From assembly GCA_951406725.2 (NCBI GenBank), contig OX597822.1, forward strand, positions 115,134,001-115,198,000: a DNA stretch of 64,000 bases. Reading direction: 5' to 3'. Position 1 is the stretch's first letter, and every line of letters starts with the position of its first letter. The notes beneath the pieces are model-generated. The model was not told the origin of the DNA, did no database searches, and saw only the letters and a list, made by a program, of their open reading frames with translations. Of the stretch, positions 28,050-41,690 are shown piece by piece. Position numbers and translations under genes: made by a program. The DNA comes from Octopus vulgaris. Lineage: Eukaryota.

Positions 28050-29322
28050 GGGTTGGACAATATAATGGAAACACCTTAAAATTTCAAACAAATTTATTTT
28101 AATTTGGGGTAGGACCACATTTGGCAGTAATTACAGCTTGAATTCTACGAGATATGGAGTCGTACAAATTTGAATTGTTTCCAAAGGAATTTTTGTCCAT
28201 TCTTCAGTTAAAACAGTCTCCAGTTCTTGTAGTGATGATAGTGGAGGATATCGACTCCTTACATGTTTTTCTAAAATGCACCATAAATGTTCAATAATAT
28301 TGAGATCTGGGAACTGTGGTCGCCAGATAAGATGTTCAACTCCACTAGAATGTTCCTCGCGCCATTCAGTAACAAATTTAGCCACGTGAATTGGTGTATT
28401 ATCATCCTGAAAGATTGCATTTCCCTCTGGAAACAATTCTGCAACCATAGGATGAATTTGATCAGATTAAGTACTTAAATAGTCTTGATTATTAATTCTG
28501 TCATGAAGGGAAACCATTGGGCCGGCGAATTTATAAAATATTGTCCCCCAGATCATCACAGATCCTCCTCCACGTTTAACAGTTGGAAGAAGGCAGTTCG
28601 GGTCAAATGCTTCTAATGGCTGTCTCTACACGAATACTCGGCCGGTGGTCGGAAATAAGGTAAAGGATCACTCGTTCGAGAAAATAATATTCTTCCACTG
28701 CTCTAGGAACCAATTCTGTAGGTTTTTATTCCACTCTAAACGCTTTGCAACGTTTGTTTTTGAAAGTAATTGTTTTCTGATTGCAGCCCTCCCATAAAAC
28801 TCGGCTTTGTAAAGATCTCGGTGAACTGTTTTTGTGAAAACTGGGTTCTCTAGGTGGTCATTAAGCTCTGCGGTAATTTTAGGAGCTGTATTTTGCGATC
28901 CTATCTAACAATTCTCGTAAGAGTCCGACGGTCCCTATCTGAAAGTTTTGGTTTTCTTCCAGAGTCTTGTTTGGATGAGGAGGGTTTTTTCCCTCTTTCT
29001 CAAAGGCTGCTGTCATTACTTTCTAGACAGTACTTCTTGATACACCAAGCATTTCAGCTGTTTTCGTTACGCTAACGCCTGCCATACGAACACCAACAAT
29101 TTGACCTCTTTGAAAGTCCGATAGATCTGTCGTTCTAATGAATTTTAATTACCTTTCTCTGATGATATCTGAAAAGAAACAGCAATTTTAGCAAAACATA
29201 TTAAGCAGCACTAATAATAAATCAAAAATCATAAAATTAAACAAGCTTTTGACGATTTTATAGATATTTCAAAATTATGATTCTATGATGCTAAGTGTTT
29301 CCATTATTTTGTCCAACTCCTG
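28047..29322 (-). mobile_element. Full-length Tc1-like DNA transposon (1276 bp), DD36E spacing
   Basis: TIRs caggggttggacaatataatggaaacac / gtgtttccattattttgtccaactcctg; inserted in (TA)n. Confidence 0.95.
28099..29133 (-). pseudogene. Tc1-family transposase, inactivated
   Basis: ACG in place of ATG, TDLSDFQRGQIVGVRMAG (HTH), IIFSNE (decayed first D), FQDDN...PDLNIIEHLW, RRIQAVITAKCGPTPN*; stops and frameshifts. Confidence 0.9.
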
Positions 29323-30159
29323 AATATATATATATATATATAACGTTTTTAATTTGTGTAGCATGACGCAATTGTTTCCTTGATGGTCAATTGTGGAACA
29401 TCCAATAAAGAATTTGCAAATAACTACAACTGTGAAACGTGCGTAGGAAACAAATGAGATATACTTGTGTTTAGCATAATTTCTTACATATGTGTGTGAG
29501 AGTGTTTGTGTGTGTGTGCATGTATGAATCTATATATGTTTGCGTGTATGCATAAGGGTAATCAGATTTATCTATGTCTCTTCTTGTCTTTCCATATCTC
29601 CTAAAATGTCCGTTGCTACCCTAAATTCTCTGACTTCCCTAAATACAAATAATCAAGTCACACGTCCCTTACCCAAAAGAATGCACGTGATTTGTTTGAA
29701 TGCGCCAACGACATACGTATTGCCAAATGGACGTCCAAAACTGTAAAGATTTCTCTAGCCAGATGCCTTGGCTCGTTGAACTCCATCTTAAAGTTTATTT
29801 TCATAAGCATTTTCCTCATTCTTATAATTTCTATCTATTTATATTTAAAAACAAATTTCGTCTGTCATGTGTTATGCTCTCCAAATACGTATTCAACTGT
29901 GGTTTCATGTCTACATCTGTTGTGCCCTAATTTCCCCCCCCCCCCAAACGCCTCAGCAATATTGTTTTGATTTACTCGCATCTGGCATTTCATTTGCTTA
30001 GCGTTCTTTGACACAGTTCACTTGTTGATAGAATTTTCTTTCATTATTAATAAACATTCTGTTTTGTTTATATTACTTGATCCGATCCACATATCTATTT
30101 ATTTTCCCTGTCTTCGCCTTAATTCCGTCTATTTTTTAGTTTGTACCCTGTGAGACTTT

Positions 30160-30203
<44 letters not shown>

Positions 30204-30235
30204 AATCATCATCATTATTATTATTATTATTATCA

Positions 30236-30326
<91 letters not shown>

Positions 30327-30347
30327 CATTATTATTATTATTATTAT

Positions 30348-30895
30348 TTGGTGTGAGAGCAGTCCATGCCATCGAAGTGATACTGGGGTACAAATATACG
30401 AAGCCATATACACCCATCATGTATACACGTCTGATAAGGGTACACCAGGCATATGCACCAGAACCATATATGCGCGACATGATCTTATATCAAGATGAAA
30501 GCCCATGACTTTGCAGATGAGGCTCACTTAGAATTTTCTTCGGCTCAAGTAGCCACTCAAAAGGTACCTGAATAAGGGTTGTTTAAGGATATTGAACGAA
30601 GCACTCGTGTTTCCAGAGTTGAATTCCTGAAACCTCAAAGTATTCCTCTCAACACATGACAATAACAGTCCCCCACTACTTTTGCTCGTGATCAGAGATG
30701 TACATATCGTCAGCCACTAAGGGACATGCTCAACTGGTTAAGATCAAGCAACTGACAAGCAAATCTGGGGTATTGAGCAGAATATTTACTGTAGTCCATC
30801 TTTTATACCAAGACAAAACAATGTACATGATAACACTTCCAATCAGTTAAGATCAGAAGCCATGAGAGCCAGTACCTGGTATTGCATCAGGGACT
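30348..30895 (-). mobile_element. About 550-bp non-coding element in a (TAA)-type tract, copy 2
   Basis: Homologous to 21553-22090; (TTA)n on both sides on the + strand. Confidence 0.8.
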
Positions 30896-30924
30896 TATTA
30901 TCATTATTATTATTGTTATTATTA

Positions 30925-31115
30925 AGGCGGCGAGCTGGCAGAAACGTTTGCACGCCTGGCGAAATGCGTAGCCATATTTCGTCTGCCGTTACGTTCTGAG
31001 TTCAAATTCCGCCGAGGTCGACTTTGCCTTTCATCTTTTCGGGGTCGATAAATAAAGTACCAGTTACGCACTGGGGTCGATATAATCGATTTAATCCGTT
31101 TGTCTGTCCTTGTTT
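30925..31115 (+). mobile_element. Family A SINE, well preserved
   Basis: ggcggcgagctggcagaaacg...ttctgagttcaaattccgccgaggtcgactttgcctttcatc. Confidence 0.9.
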
Positions 31116-31169
31116 ATCTTATAACACCGCCATATGCAATTTGACATATATATACATGTATGTACATGT

Positions 31170-31398
31170 ATTTTGTTCCTTCTCGAGCCATGCCTTGCTC
31201 ATAAGGGCCGGTTTCTCGGTTTCCTTGGCGTGTAGGTTCCCCACCTGGACGGGACACCGTTCCGTCGCAGATGAGCTGCAAGATGCAGGAGGAAAAAGTG
31301 AGAGAATGTTTCGCTCATAAACACACCCATCGCCCGGTCTGAGATTCGATCCCGCGATCCCACGACCGCGAGTCCGCTGCTCTAACCACTAGGCCATA
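31170..31398 (-). mobile_element. tRNA-headed SINE, family D (internally deleted)
   Basis: Head atggcctagtggttagagcagcggactcgcggtcg...tcgaatctcagaccgggcg, shared with 46940-47240 and 49413. Confidence 0.8.
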
Positions 31399-32099
31399 TT
31401 GATGTACATGTATGCGGGTACGTATGTACTATTCGTGCGTGTTTCGGAAGACGCATACTTTTGTTGATATATGCATTGCGTTTCTGATTTTGCGTGAACA
31501 AGTATGTGTATAAGTGTAGACATGCCGGATGAAACGCACCTATTTTTGCTCATACGAACTTTGTACATATCCGTAAATATCTATATTTATGTGTGTGTGC
31601 GTGATTGTGTGTTGGTGGGTGTATGGTCGTATGTATCATATATGCTTGTATGCTTATGTGTTTGTCTGCATGTATTTATGTATTTATGTGTGAATGTAGG
31701 TATGTATGTCAAGGCATATGACTATTTCTGTTTGTGATTGTACATCGTGAAGTCAGATCAGTTATCACTGACATTTCGCACGTTTTAACCGGTGTAGAAA
31801 ATTTCACTGCAGTCTATGATTGTGGCAGAAGAAACACAAAAGAAAATAGGTTTAGTTTCAACTCACCCACCCACAGCTATTGAAGTCAACTTCTTCAATT
31901 GTCAGGAAATGCAAATAATGTCTCAGGTTTTCCCTAAGCTATACACAATGACTTTTGTTTTTCTACAACAATAATAGCAAAAATAATGATAATAGTATGA
32001 TCAGATATCTAAGTTACTCATAAGGCAACGCATTGTTTGAGGGTGTTTTTGTTGTTTTGTTTTTTTTTTGTTGTTTTTTGTTTGATTTTGTTGTTGCTC

Positions 32100-32930
32100 T
32101 GAGCGGGGAGGAATAGTAGAGTATATCGAACCTTGGCTGGTACTTTATATTATCGACCTGGGAGAGAAATAAAAGCATAGTCGAACTCAATGAGATTTGA
32201 ACTCAGAATGTGATTAAATGCTTCAAGACATCTATCACGTGTTCCATAATTACTGCCAAATCCCTGCTTGTCAGTAATAACTGTTCTTCCTACAGGTACA
32301 AGACCTGAAATTTTGGGGGAGATGGTATGTCGATTACATCGACGTTCAGTGCTCAACAGGGCTACAAAAGAATGAAAGGCAAAGTCGACCTCGGTGGAAT
32401 TTGAACTCAAAAAGGAGAGCCAGGTGAAATGCCGCTACGCATTTTGCCTGGCGCGCTAACGACTCTGCCAGCACGTTTTCTTAACTTGTGTCTATAATAA
32501 TCACTTCTAATAAAGGCACAAGGCCTGAAATTTATGGGCCGAGGCGCAAGTCGATTACATCGACTCCAATCCTCAGCTGTTACTTATTTTACCAACACCG
32601 AAAGAGGGTGAAATTTGAACCTAAAGACTGACGAAATATCACTAAGCATTTTTGCCCGGCGTGTTAACGATTTTACCAGTTTACCAACCTTAACTCTTGC
32701 TTGTAATAATGATTTCAAATTTTGGCACGAGGCCAGCTAGTTGAGAGCACTGGGTTAAGTCGGTTACATTGACCCTAGTGCTCAAATGGCATGTATTTTA
32801 TTGAACCCGAAAGGATGAAAAGCAAAGTCGACCTCGTTGGAATTTGAACTCATAAGATAAATGACGAACGAAATACCGCTAAGTATTTGGCGTGACGTGC
32901 TAACGATTCTGCTTGCTCACCGCCTTAACT
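32100..32930 (-). mobile_element. Head-to-tail array of four family A SINEs
   Basis: Four diverged copies separated by similar roughly 20-nt spacers (ttaact...taataat). Confidence 0.8.
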
Positions 32931-33358
32931 CATCTCAGTTATATTAAAATTTAACGTATGTCTCGGGGTTTGAGTTTTGGTGGAGGTCGTAGCGACCCAC
33001 GAATTTCATAAGTAGTTTGTTTTAAAAAACCATGGAAGGATACTTGGTAAAGTCAAAGCCGGGTATTTTGTCCGACGCAGTTACTACTCTTATAACATAC
33101 CAGCCTTAAGTATGAAAATAATTTGAAAAATCGGCGAAAAGCCATACACTTTTGCTGCAATGTGCAGCCGATTATAGTCTTAGCATTAATTCATTATTAT
33201 TGTCACCTCTGATGATCCTACAAGGCTCTCAAACCACCGCCATTCTGTCCAGTATTCAATGCACACACACACACACACAAACACACGCACACACACATAC
33301 ACACACATACAAGTAGATACATACACACATATACTCAAATTACATGTACATATATGTA

Positions 33359-33603
33359 TTGGGTTGGTGTATAATTATTGCGGCTTTTTTCAACAAATTT
33401 TATTCAGCAAAAGCAATAACAACAGGTAACAAAAACACCTTTAAATGATTACTCCGGAGCATATTCACCATCTACTTCAATTATAGCTTCCCATTTGCTT
33501 GGCAGACGGTCAGACAGTCATTTAAAGATGTTTTATTAAATATCGTTATTGTTTTACTTGAATACAATTTGTGGAAACAAAGCTGCAATAATTATGCACC
33601 AAC

Positions 33604-33607
<4 letters not shown>
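33359..33607 (-). mobile_element. Mariner deletion derivative (MITE)
   Basis: TIRs ttgggttggtgtataattattgcggcttt / aaagctgcaataattatgcaccaacccaa, TA on both sides; internal DRLPSKWEAIIEVDGEYAPE* is a mariner transposase C-terminus. Confidence 0.9.
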
Positions 33608-33645
<38 letters not shown>

Positions 33646-34654
33646 TATGCTAATATCGGCATGAAACAAACGGTAGACTTGTTAGCCGACAAATATAAGA
33701 AATACATTACGTGTGTGAGTAAGTATATGTAGATAGCAATCAGACTAAACAATGAAAACTATGTTGTTACATAACTTCAATCAAGGTTACAATCGTTTCG
33801 AATATCTAACGAAATAGTTTCATCACAATGTATTGGTTTGTTCGCATAATTAATCAAGTAATTAATTAATTAATGGGATAATTAGCGTTCAATCATTCTC
33901 ATCAGACTCTAAAGTTATTGCATACTTATACACAAACACACACACACACATACACGCATATATACATGCATACACACACACACATATACGCGTACGTGAA
34001 TGTGTTAGTGCAAGTGTATGTCTATGTGTGTGAGTGTGCCAAGTGTGCGTGCGTGTGTGTGTGTGCATGTGTGTATGTGTGTGCTTGACAATATGTGTGT
34101 GCGAGTGTGTGTGTGTGTGAGTATTTGTGATATTCATTGGGAACTGTAACTTCATAAATCGCAATCCTAAAGTTTTTAATTGCCAAACTTTCAAACGTTA
34201 AAGAAAGAAAAAAACACAAACAGAAAACAGAACATGAAATTTGCTACATGTTGTGCATGGAGGAAATTACTGCCTGAATGATGCAACGAACGCTGATTGG
34301 TTGTCATGGAAAACAACGAGATATTATAGGCCACCTATGTAATCGTCGTTTGAAAAATGAGGGAACGTTTGGCACTTACCATGGCAGAGATAATCTATAT
34401 AAAGCCTTCTGTTAGACATAAGAAATTGGTGTACATATAAAAAAATTATGATTATGTTGGCATTTTTATGCGTGTAAAATGTAATAATACTTCAAGAAAA
34501 ATCTCTCATAGCCATTGTATTCAAAATTGGGAATAGAAAAAAATATTTTTCAGCTATGGGGAATTTTGCAGCTTCAATCAACTATTTAGTAGTACCTAAA
34601 TATGAAATAAAAATTTGGGAAAATGTTTATAGGAAGAAGAAAATGATAACATTT

Positions 34655-35045
34655 ACTCTTTTACTCTTTTACTTGTTTCAGTCATGTGACTGTGGCCATG
34701 CTGGAGCACCGCCTTTAGTCGAGGAAATCGACCCCAGGACTTATTCCTTGTAAGCCTAGTACTTATTCTATCGGCCTCTTTTGCCGAACCGTTAAGTTAC
34801 GGGAACGTAAACACACCAGCATCGGTTGTCAAGCGATGTTGGGGAGACAAACATAGACAAGCATATACACGCACATACTTATATACAGCGGGCTTCTTTC
34901 AGTTTCCGTCTGCCATATCCACTCACAAGGCTTTGGTCGGCCCGAGGCTATAGTAGAAGAGACTTGCTCAGGTTGCCACGCAGTGGGACTGAACCCAGAA
35001 CCATGTGGTTGGTAAGCAAGCTACTTACCACACAGCCACTCCTAT
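34655..35045 (-). mobile_element. Family B SINE, full length
   Basis: Same structure as 14306-14692. Confidence 0.9.
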
Positions 35046-35189
35046 TGGTTTCAAATTTTGACAAGTCCAGCAATTTCGGGAGAGGATAAGTTTATTACAT
35101 CGACCCTAGTTTTCAACTGGCACTTACTTTATTGACCCCGAAACAATAAAAGGCAATGCTTACATCAGCAGTATTTTAACTCAACATTT

Positions 35190-36530
35190 ATTTAATATAT
35201 CGTCATCAATAATATATGGCTTGCTCACCCAGTCTACAATTAGGTTAAATCTTCAACCAGCCTATTTTTCCCAATCTTAAGTCCTAATTTTCCTCCACAC
35301 CATAAATGTTACCCCATCTTCGACAATTCTTCTATTAAAACCTCGTACTCCACAACTCCAAACTTGCGATCTATATATAGGCGGAAATATAGTTGCTTTA
35401 TTGTAAGCCCTATGAACGACTCATCAGGGCCCCACCCTAAATCGGTTGATACTAACACTATAAGCTTCGAGAATCCTATGCGCTTTAACAATAGTACCAT
35501 TGCCCCTAGTACTTGTAACTGTAACACTTGTGACTACGGTGATTTCCCCTCTCAGCTCCATTCTAGAAATAGCACCTCTGGTCCTAGTGAGTTTATGAAC
35601 AAGAATAGGATAGAGATTGAGTATAAGACCAGAGGTAGTGGAAAAAAACTTGTAATTGTTCGATTTCCCAATAAGTATCGGGTCATAACCCCACGCTCCC
35701 AACAGGGGTCTACATTGGCGGCATTGATTTCAAGCGTCGCTACCGGGCTCACCTGTGCGCATTCTCAAATAATGCCTCTAAACTCTCCACTTCCGTAGCT
35801 ACATAATATATGCACTACCTCAAGTCCTAGGACACTTCCTATGCCTTATGCCGGTCCGTAGTTTGTGAAGCTACATCGTACAATGCTAATCATCGCGATT
35901 GTAATTTATGTTGCAGGAAGTCGCTCGCTATTCTAGGCCAATCGGTTCTCTGACGTAATCTTCTTGTGTAAATATAAGTTTCATTCCACATTTGCTCATT
36001 ATTTAAGGTCTTTAAAATTTCTCCTAACTGTAGCTAAATCTATTTACCTATTGAACTATGCAAGCACCATTTTACTTTTTCCTTATAGAATATTCTATTT
36101 CTCTCAACTTTCTTCCTCCGCTACAACATCCCAGCTCCATTTCTTGTCTCTTTTCCTGCTCAGTCGACCTTCTTCATTTATTGCCTTCTTCAATTTAACT
36201 TGAACCTCCGTCACGTTTACCTTCATTAGGCTGATTTTTAACTCAATCTTCTTCCCTCCTTTCTCTGTTTTTTCTATCCTATTCCTGCCTCTTTCCTTGG
36301 CACTCGTCCTGCTTCTTCTCTCCAATCAATAGCACTACTGTATGAGTTGCGTTTACCAATCTTCTCTAGGCAAGGAGGACCTGACTTAGTACCATTGGGC
36401 CTGGTACTTGCAACCGTAACACTCGTGACTACGGTGATGCCCCCTACAACCATCTACATACTAGAAATTATAACACCTCTGGTCCTACCTGATATCACAT
36501 CCGCTAATATTTCCGAGTAAGGGTTTACCA
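35190..36530 (-). mobile_element. Degraded coding-like element with an internal ~95-bp direct repeat; possibly L1/Tx1-derived
   Basis: Broken minus-strand frames (KKWSWDVVAEE; DESFIGLTIKQLYFRL); direct repeat 35493-35586 / 36388-36487. Family uncertain. Confidence 0.35.
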
Positions 36531-36682
36531 ATCTCATACCCAGGACTTTTTGCACATTTCATCGGTAAATTATGATTATTATGTTTATTACGTAACTCTG
36601 GGCTTTCTGACACAGATGTTGAGTTAAGAAATTACATATAATTTTTATATTTTATTCAGTATTTTTTACGCTCATTGTATTT

Positions 36683-37344
36683 CTTAGACTTAGTCTTAGG
36701 TCCTCCTGTGCCGTGTGGTGCATTGGGTGACAAGGCTTCTCCAACGTGGTCGGTCGGCTGCGGCGATTTCAGCTTCATCCCATGGAATGTCAATGGCTTA
36801 GAGATCATCGATGAAGGTGCAGTGCAAGTCGCTTTCGGTGTCGCCCTTGTTTTCTCGGTGGCTCCCACAGAAAGGCCTGCGAGTCGCAAGCGGCGCTCAG
36901 TGACAACGTCATGGAGAGGACGGGTATCAGTTCGGCGATGTATCTCATCGCTGGTGATGTGGTCCTGGTATGATATTCGCAGTATCCGCCGGAGGCATCG
37001 TAGCTGAAATACATTGAGCCTTTGCACGATCCTTTCCAATGTCTTCCACGTATCCACCGCGTATATTGCCGATGGTATGACGATGCGGTTGAAGGGGCGC
37101 ACTTTGGTCTTGATGGAGATCGCCCTGCCTACCCAGATGGGTTTGAGTCCGGCAGGCAACGTCGCGTTCGGTGTCTCCGTCGTTCGCCACGACGCTGCCC
37201 AATAGGTGAACTAATAAACTTCCTCGATTTGGTGTTGTCCATTCATAAAGATGACGACATTGTTGTTCCCATCGGTATATCCAGTCCTCATGATCTTCGT
37301 CTTATAATCGAACGCCACTTAGTCTTGTCCACAGTAAGTTTTTG

Positions 37345-37345
<1 letters not shown>
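36683..37345 (-). mobile_element. Second RTE-type LINE family, 3' fragment
   Basis: KTKVRPFNRIVIPSAIYAVDTW...FQLRCLRRILRISYQDHITSDEI...RRLRLAG; short-repeat tail ctaagactaagtctaag. Confidence 0.85.
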
Positions 37346-37387
<42 letters not shown>

Positions 37388-37837
37388 AGGACAGGAGATA
37401 ATAAATTCAAAGGCCGATGTATATATTCATTCAATCCATATTAACAAAATTCTCCATGGTATACAAGGTACACACATAGATGCATTCATCTGTATGATAT
37501 ATAAAAATTTCTAAGAATTTATAAATACATACATATACACGAAAATTTATAAATATATTAAAATTCATACATATACAAAAAATTATAAACACATAAAAAT
37601 TCATAAATATAAATATATAAAAAGAGTAAGTCCATAAACGTACTTGCGAAGTCCGAATGAAGAGGGTAATAAAGCGGATGTTAAATGATTCATAAGGAGT
37701 CTGTAACATGTATAAAGTCTGTGTATAAAGTCTGTGTATAAAGTTTTCGAAGTGATATTGGTTGCTATGGGCGAGCTGACTCCAACCATAGCAATACTTT
37801 ATATTTCTCTCATCAGAGTTAATAGAATCATAAGGTT

Positions 37838-37885
<48 letters not shown>

Positions 37886-37961
37886 ATTTGTTTGCGTAAT
37901 GAGATAAAAAATATCTTGGCTGTGTGGATATTAGAACATTTATATATATATAAATATATAT

Positions 37962-38230
37962 ATTGCAATAGCCTGTGCTTTAAAGGCTCACAGCTCTTCA
38001 ATATCCCCCCGAAGGACCCGAGGGATCTGCATGGGTGGATGTAGGTGTCTTCAGAACGAAACTAGATTTCTTACTGACAAGGGTTCCAGATAAACCAACT
38101 TGACAGCAGGAAGTGCACACGAGGGTGGTGCTTTTAAACTCATTTATGCAATAAGCGTCAAGTTCGAAGATGAATTAGTAAAGTAAAAGTTATATAGCAA
38201 CACCAAAATGGCGGTGACCCTGCATGGTTC
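37962..38230 (+). mobile_element. CR1/Jockey-group LINE 3' fragment
   Basis: CNSLCFKGSQLFNIPPKDPRDLHG...VFRTKLDFLLTRVPDKP, a typical ORF2 C-terminus. Confidence 0.65.
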
Positions 38231-38329
38231 CATTCAATTCAACTGGTTCAATTCAGTTCATACATGTGTGTGTGTGTGTGCGCACGTGCGTGTGTGTGCG
38301 CGCACGTGCGCGTGTGTGAGTGAGTAGAG

Positions 38330-40020
38330 AAACGAAAGAAGGGTACTGAAGACACATTGGAAGGTACATGTATAAATCAAAATAGTTTGATTCAGTCTCC
38401 TTGGTACTCGGAGTTTCAAGCGTGCAGCTAGTCTTCGGCCATTGGGATCTGAATGAGAGTTCGAGTGAAGAGATTCCATGTTTATTACTGGACGTTAGCC
38501 TGCGAGTGGTCGAGAAAGATGCCGCGGTATAGCGGTTTGATGTCGGTATTTCAGCAACAACAATTAGTTTGAAAATACCGCATGGTGAACAGGAAATCGG
38601 CCGCGTGGTGAACAGGAAAATACCGCGTGATGGACAAGAAATCGGTCGAGTGGTTGGGGGAAGTAGGAAGGGAGGATTGATGTGGGGGTATATATGTATA
38701 TATGTACAAGCATATGCCCATATATCTGCGTGTAAACATCCGTACTTATACGAGTGTATATGTGTGCTTAGATGTAATTTCACACTTCCGTGCGTGCACA
38801 CAGACACACATACACACAAAGCACACATATACACACGTGATAACACATACACACACACACGGACAGACATACCTTTATCTCCATGTACATATGCACACGA
38901 GCACACGCACACATAAGTGTGCACGTATACATGCATGCACACGCACGGGTGTATATCATATGGACGCGCATGCGCGCACACACATCTGTGCGCATGCATA
39001 CGGGAAGCAGATGCATGTGCACACCCTCGCATTTGCACGCGTGCACATATACTCGTATGGTCATGCACAAGGGGTGAGAATACGCGAGTAGACAGGCATG
39101 AGAAGTGTTGGGGAAATGGGGATTTGCTGTGCTGTTCAAAGAAGTTCATTTGTGACGGTGACCTTGGTGTAGGCGGCGTTAGGGACAGCTGGTACTAAGG
39201 AGGTAGATCCAGGTTGTCGTCGGACAGTGGCTTGAAATTTACCAGAAGGGTGTACCTCTGGTGAGAGCAATACGACACCTCATGTTTCTTGTTGATGGAT
39301 ACTGCAGGTTGGTAGATGATATGCAGTGTTTCGCGGAGGCACAGCTGGCAAATAGGGGTACCGGGTTAATATTGTGGCGTCCCGTCGATAATAGATGATG
39401 CTGCGTGTTTCGTCTGGGAGCTCAGTAAACCTCCAGAGAAAGTGTGAGAGAGAAGTGGAGTTCTCCCTGTCCCTGGATCTAACTGAATGCAAGTGCTGGA
39501 AATAATTTCCCTTGAAGTTATTGGCTTTCATACCCTTGTAGTGTCTAGTAATACCATCGGATGGTGTTGGGGTAGCTCTGTATACCACAGCTCTTGAACG
39601 GCAGGATCCTGTTAGAGGGCAGGTGGTTGGAGTTGGGAAGTTGTGGGTGCGTTTTAACGCCTGTTGATGCGTACGATGTTAGATGCGATAATCTCTAAGC
39701 AAGAGTAGCTTAACATTATGGGGATTGAAGAGTTAGTAATACTTATGGCCTTTAGGGAAATGTTCCTGTATTAACGACAGGAAGCCTTTGGCTAAGTTGG
39801 TAGAAATCTAGGTTAAATGAGGTGGTATCATGCAAGATTATTTTCCTTTTCCTAATTCTCTCTGGGTGCGGAGAGGGGGGCTTTGTGGTTCGTCCACATA
39901 CGTAAGCGTCTCAGAAAATCTGCTCCTAGCCAAAGCATCGTTGTAGTTGGGCGGGAGCGGCCCTATTAAAGATCTCCATGTTGGGTGTGAGTTTAGACAC
40001 CCATTTGCTAATGCTTGAAA
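38330..40020 (-). mobile_element. Penelope-like element: RT thumb/linker, GIY-YIG endonuclease and 3' region
   Basis: EIFNRAAP..YNDAL, TNLAKGFLSLIQEHFPKGHKYY*LFN, TCPLTGSCRSRAVVYRAT...HYKGM (GIY-YIG), ENSTSLSHFLW; coding part about 39260-40020. Confidence 0.85.
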
Positions 40021-40111
40021 CCAAGTTTCTAATCACTGCGTGCAAGGGTTCAGCTTTTGTGGATATATACTGTTCCTTCATTAGCCATCCTGTAGGGGTA
40101 GAATATATATA

Positions 40112-40273
40112 TATTCATTATTTTCTCTCCTTGTTTCTTTCTGTATTCCTTTCTGGGAAAGAGCATTGGCTCGAAACGTTAAAGACTTTTTCACTTCCCG
40201 AGCGTTATACTAATATATCTGTTTGTTGTCTACACCACCTGTCTTCGTCTTTTGTTTTTTGGTGAATTCTCCC
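40112..40273 (+). mobile_element. Penelope-like pLTR fragment with degenerate hammerhead shape
   Basis: cttt-ctgggaaa-gagc attg gctc-gaaacgtt-aaag (about 40149-40184); its 3' part resembles 52316-52399. Confidence 0.55.
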
Positions 40274-40300
40274 TATATATATACATATATACATAATTAT

Positions 40301-40340
<40 letters not shown>

Positions 40341-41216
40341 GCACACATATATGTATATATGTGTGTATGTATGTATGTATATATGTATATATGTATGTAT
40401 GTATGTATGTACGCGCGTACGTATTTATTTACACATGTATGCATAATGGGTACAGTGGCATTATCAGAGATGGACAACAGAGAAATTTGCAGGGAAGATG
40501 AAATGACAGAAAAAAACATACATGCCCAAATCTGATACCCTCATCAGCCGTCAACTGGAGAATCATCACAATTTTGACATGTCAGATAGCTGTAGTGATT
40601 TTCAGTTAGCAACTGATAAAAGAATTTGACTTATGGACGTTTGCTTGGGCTGCAAATTCCTTTGCTTTCCCTGCCTGCTGCCTTCTCTAACATTTTTTGT
40701 AGTGCAACGTAGTTTTCCTTACACACACAGACAGACACACATACACGCACACGCACACACACTCGTACACTCACATACATATATATATAAATAAATGTTT
40801 TATGTATTTACATTCATGTAAATGTATGCATATATGCATACACAGATATATATATATATACAAACGCACAGACACACATACACACATACAAACATATACA
40901 TACATAAATACATACATACATGTGCGTAGAAAGAACGCGTTTTGTGTGGTCGACCCAAAACAAAGAGACTGCAGTGAGTTAGAAACTGTACTTTGGACAC
41001 AGATTTTTATCTTTTCTTTACTAACAAAACAAAGAATCACAGCGCTTTGTTTGTCTTTAGTTCGTTTTTCTCTTTTGACACATTTGTAGTTTAGGCACTG
41101 CTGGTGATGTTGTTATTGTTGTTGTTGTTGTTGTTGTTGTTGATGGAGGTAGTGGTGGTTGCGGTGTTCCAATTTCGCTTCGTTTCGGTTCAGTTTATTA
41201 TTGTTTATGTAATAGC

Positions 41217-41248
<32 letters not shown>

Positions 41249-41613
41249 CATACATATATACATATATATACACACTCATACACATGCACAAACACACATA
41301 TATATGTGTATATATATGTATATATAAGAGTATATATTTATACATATATATACACATATATATATATAAGCAAAGAATTTATATGTACACATGCGTTTAT
41401 GCGTAAATGTATATATATATACATATATATTATATATATATATATTATATATATATATCATATTATATATATATATATATATATTTAAATATATACGTAT
41501 GCATGTGCATGTATTTATATATATAGACATATATATATATATATATATATAGATGCATATATATATATAATATATATACATATATACATGCATATACATA
41601 TACATGTATATAC

Positions 41614-41690
<77 letters not shown>

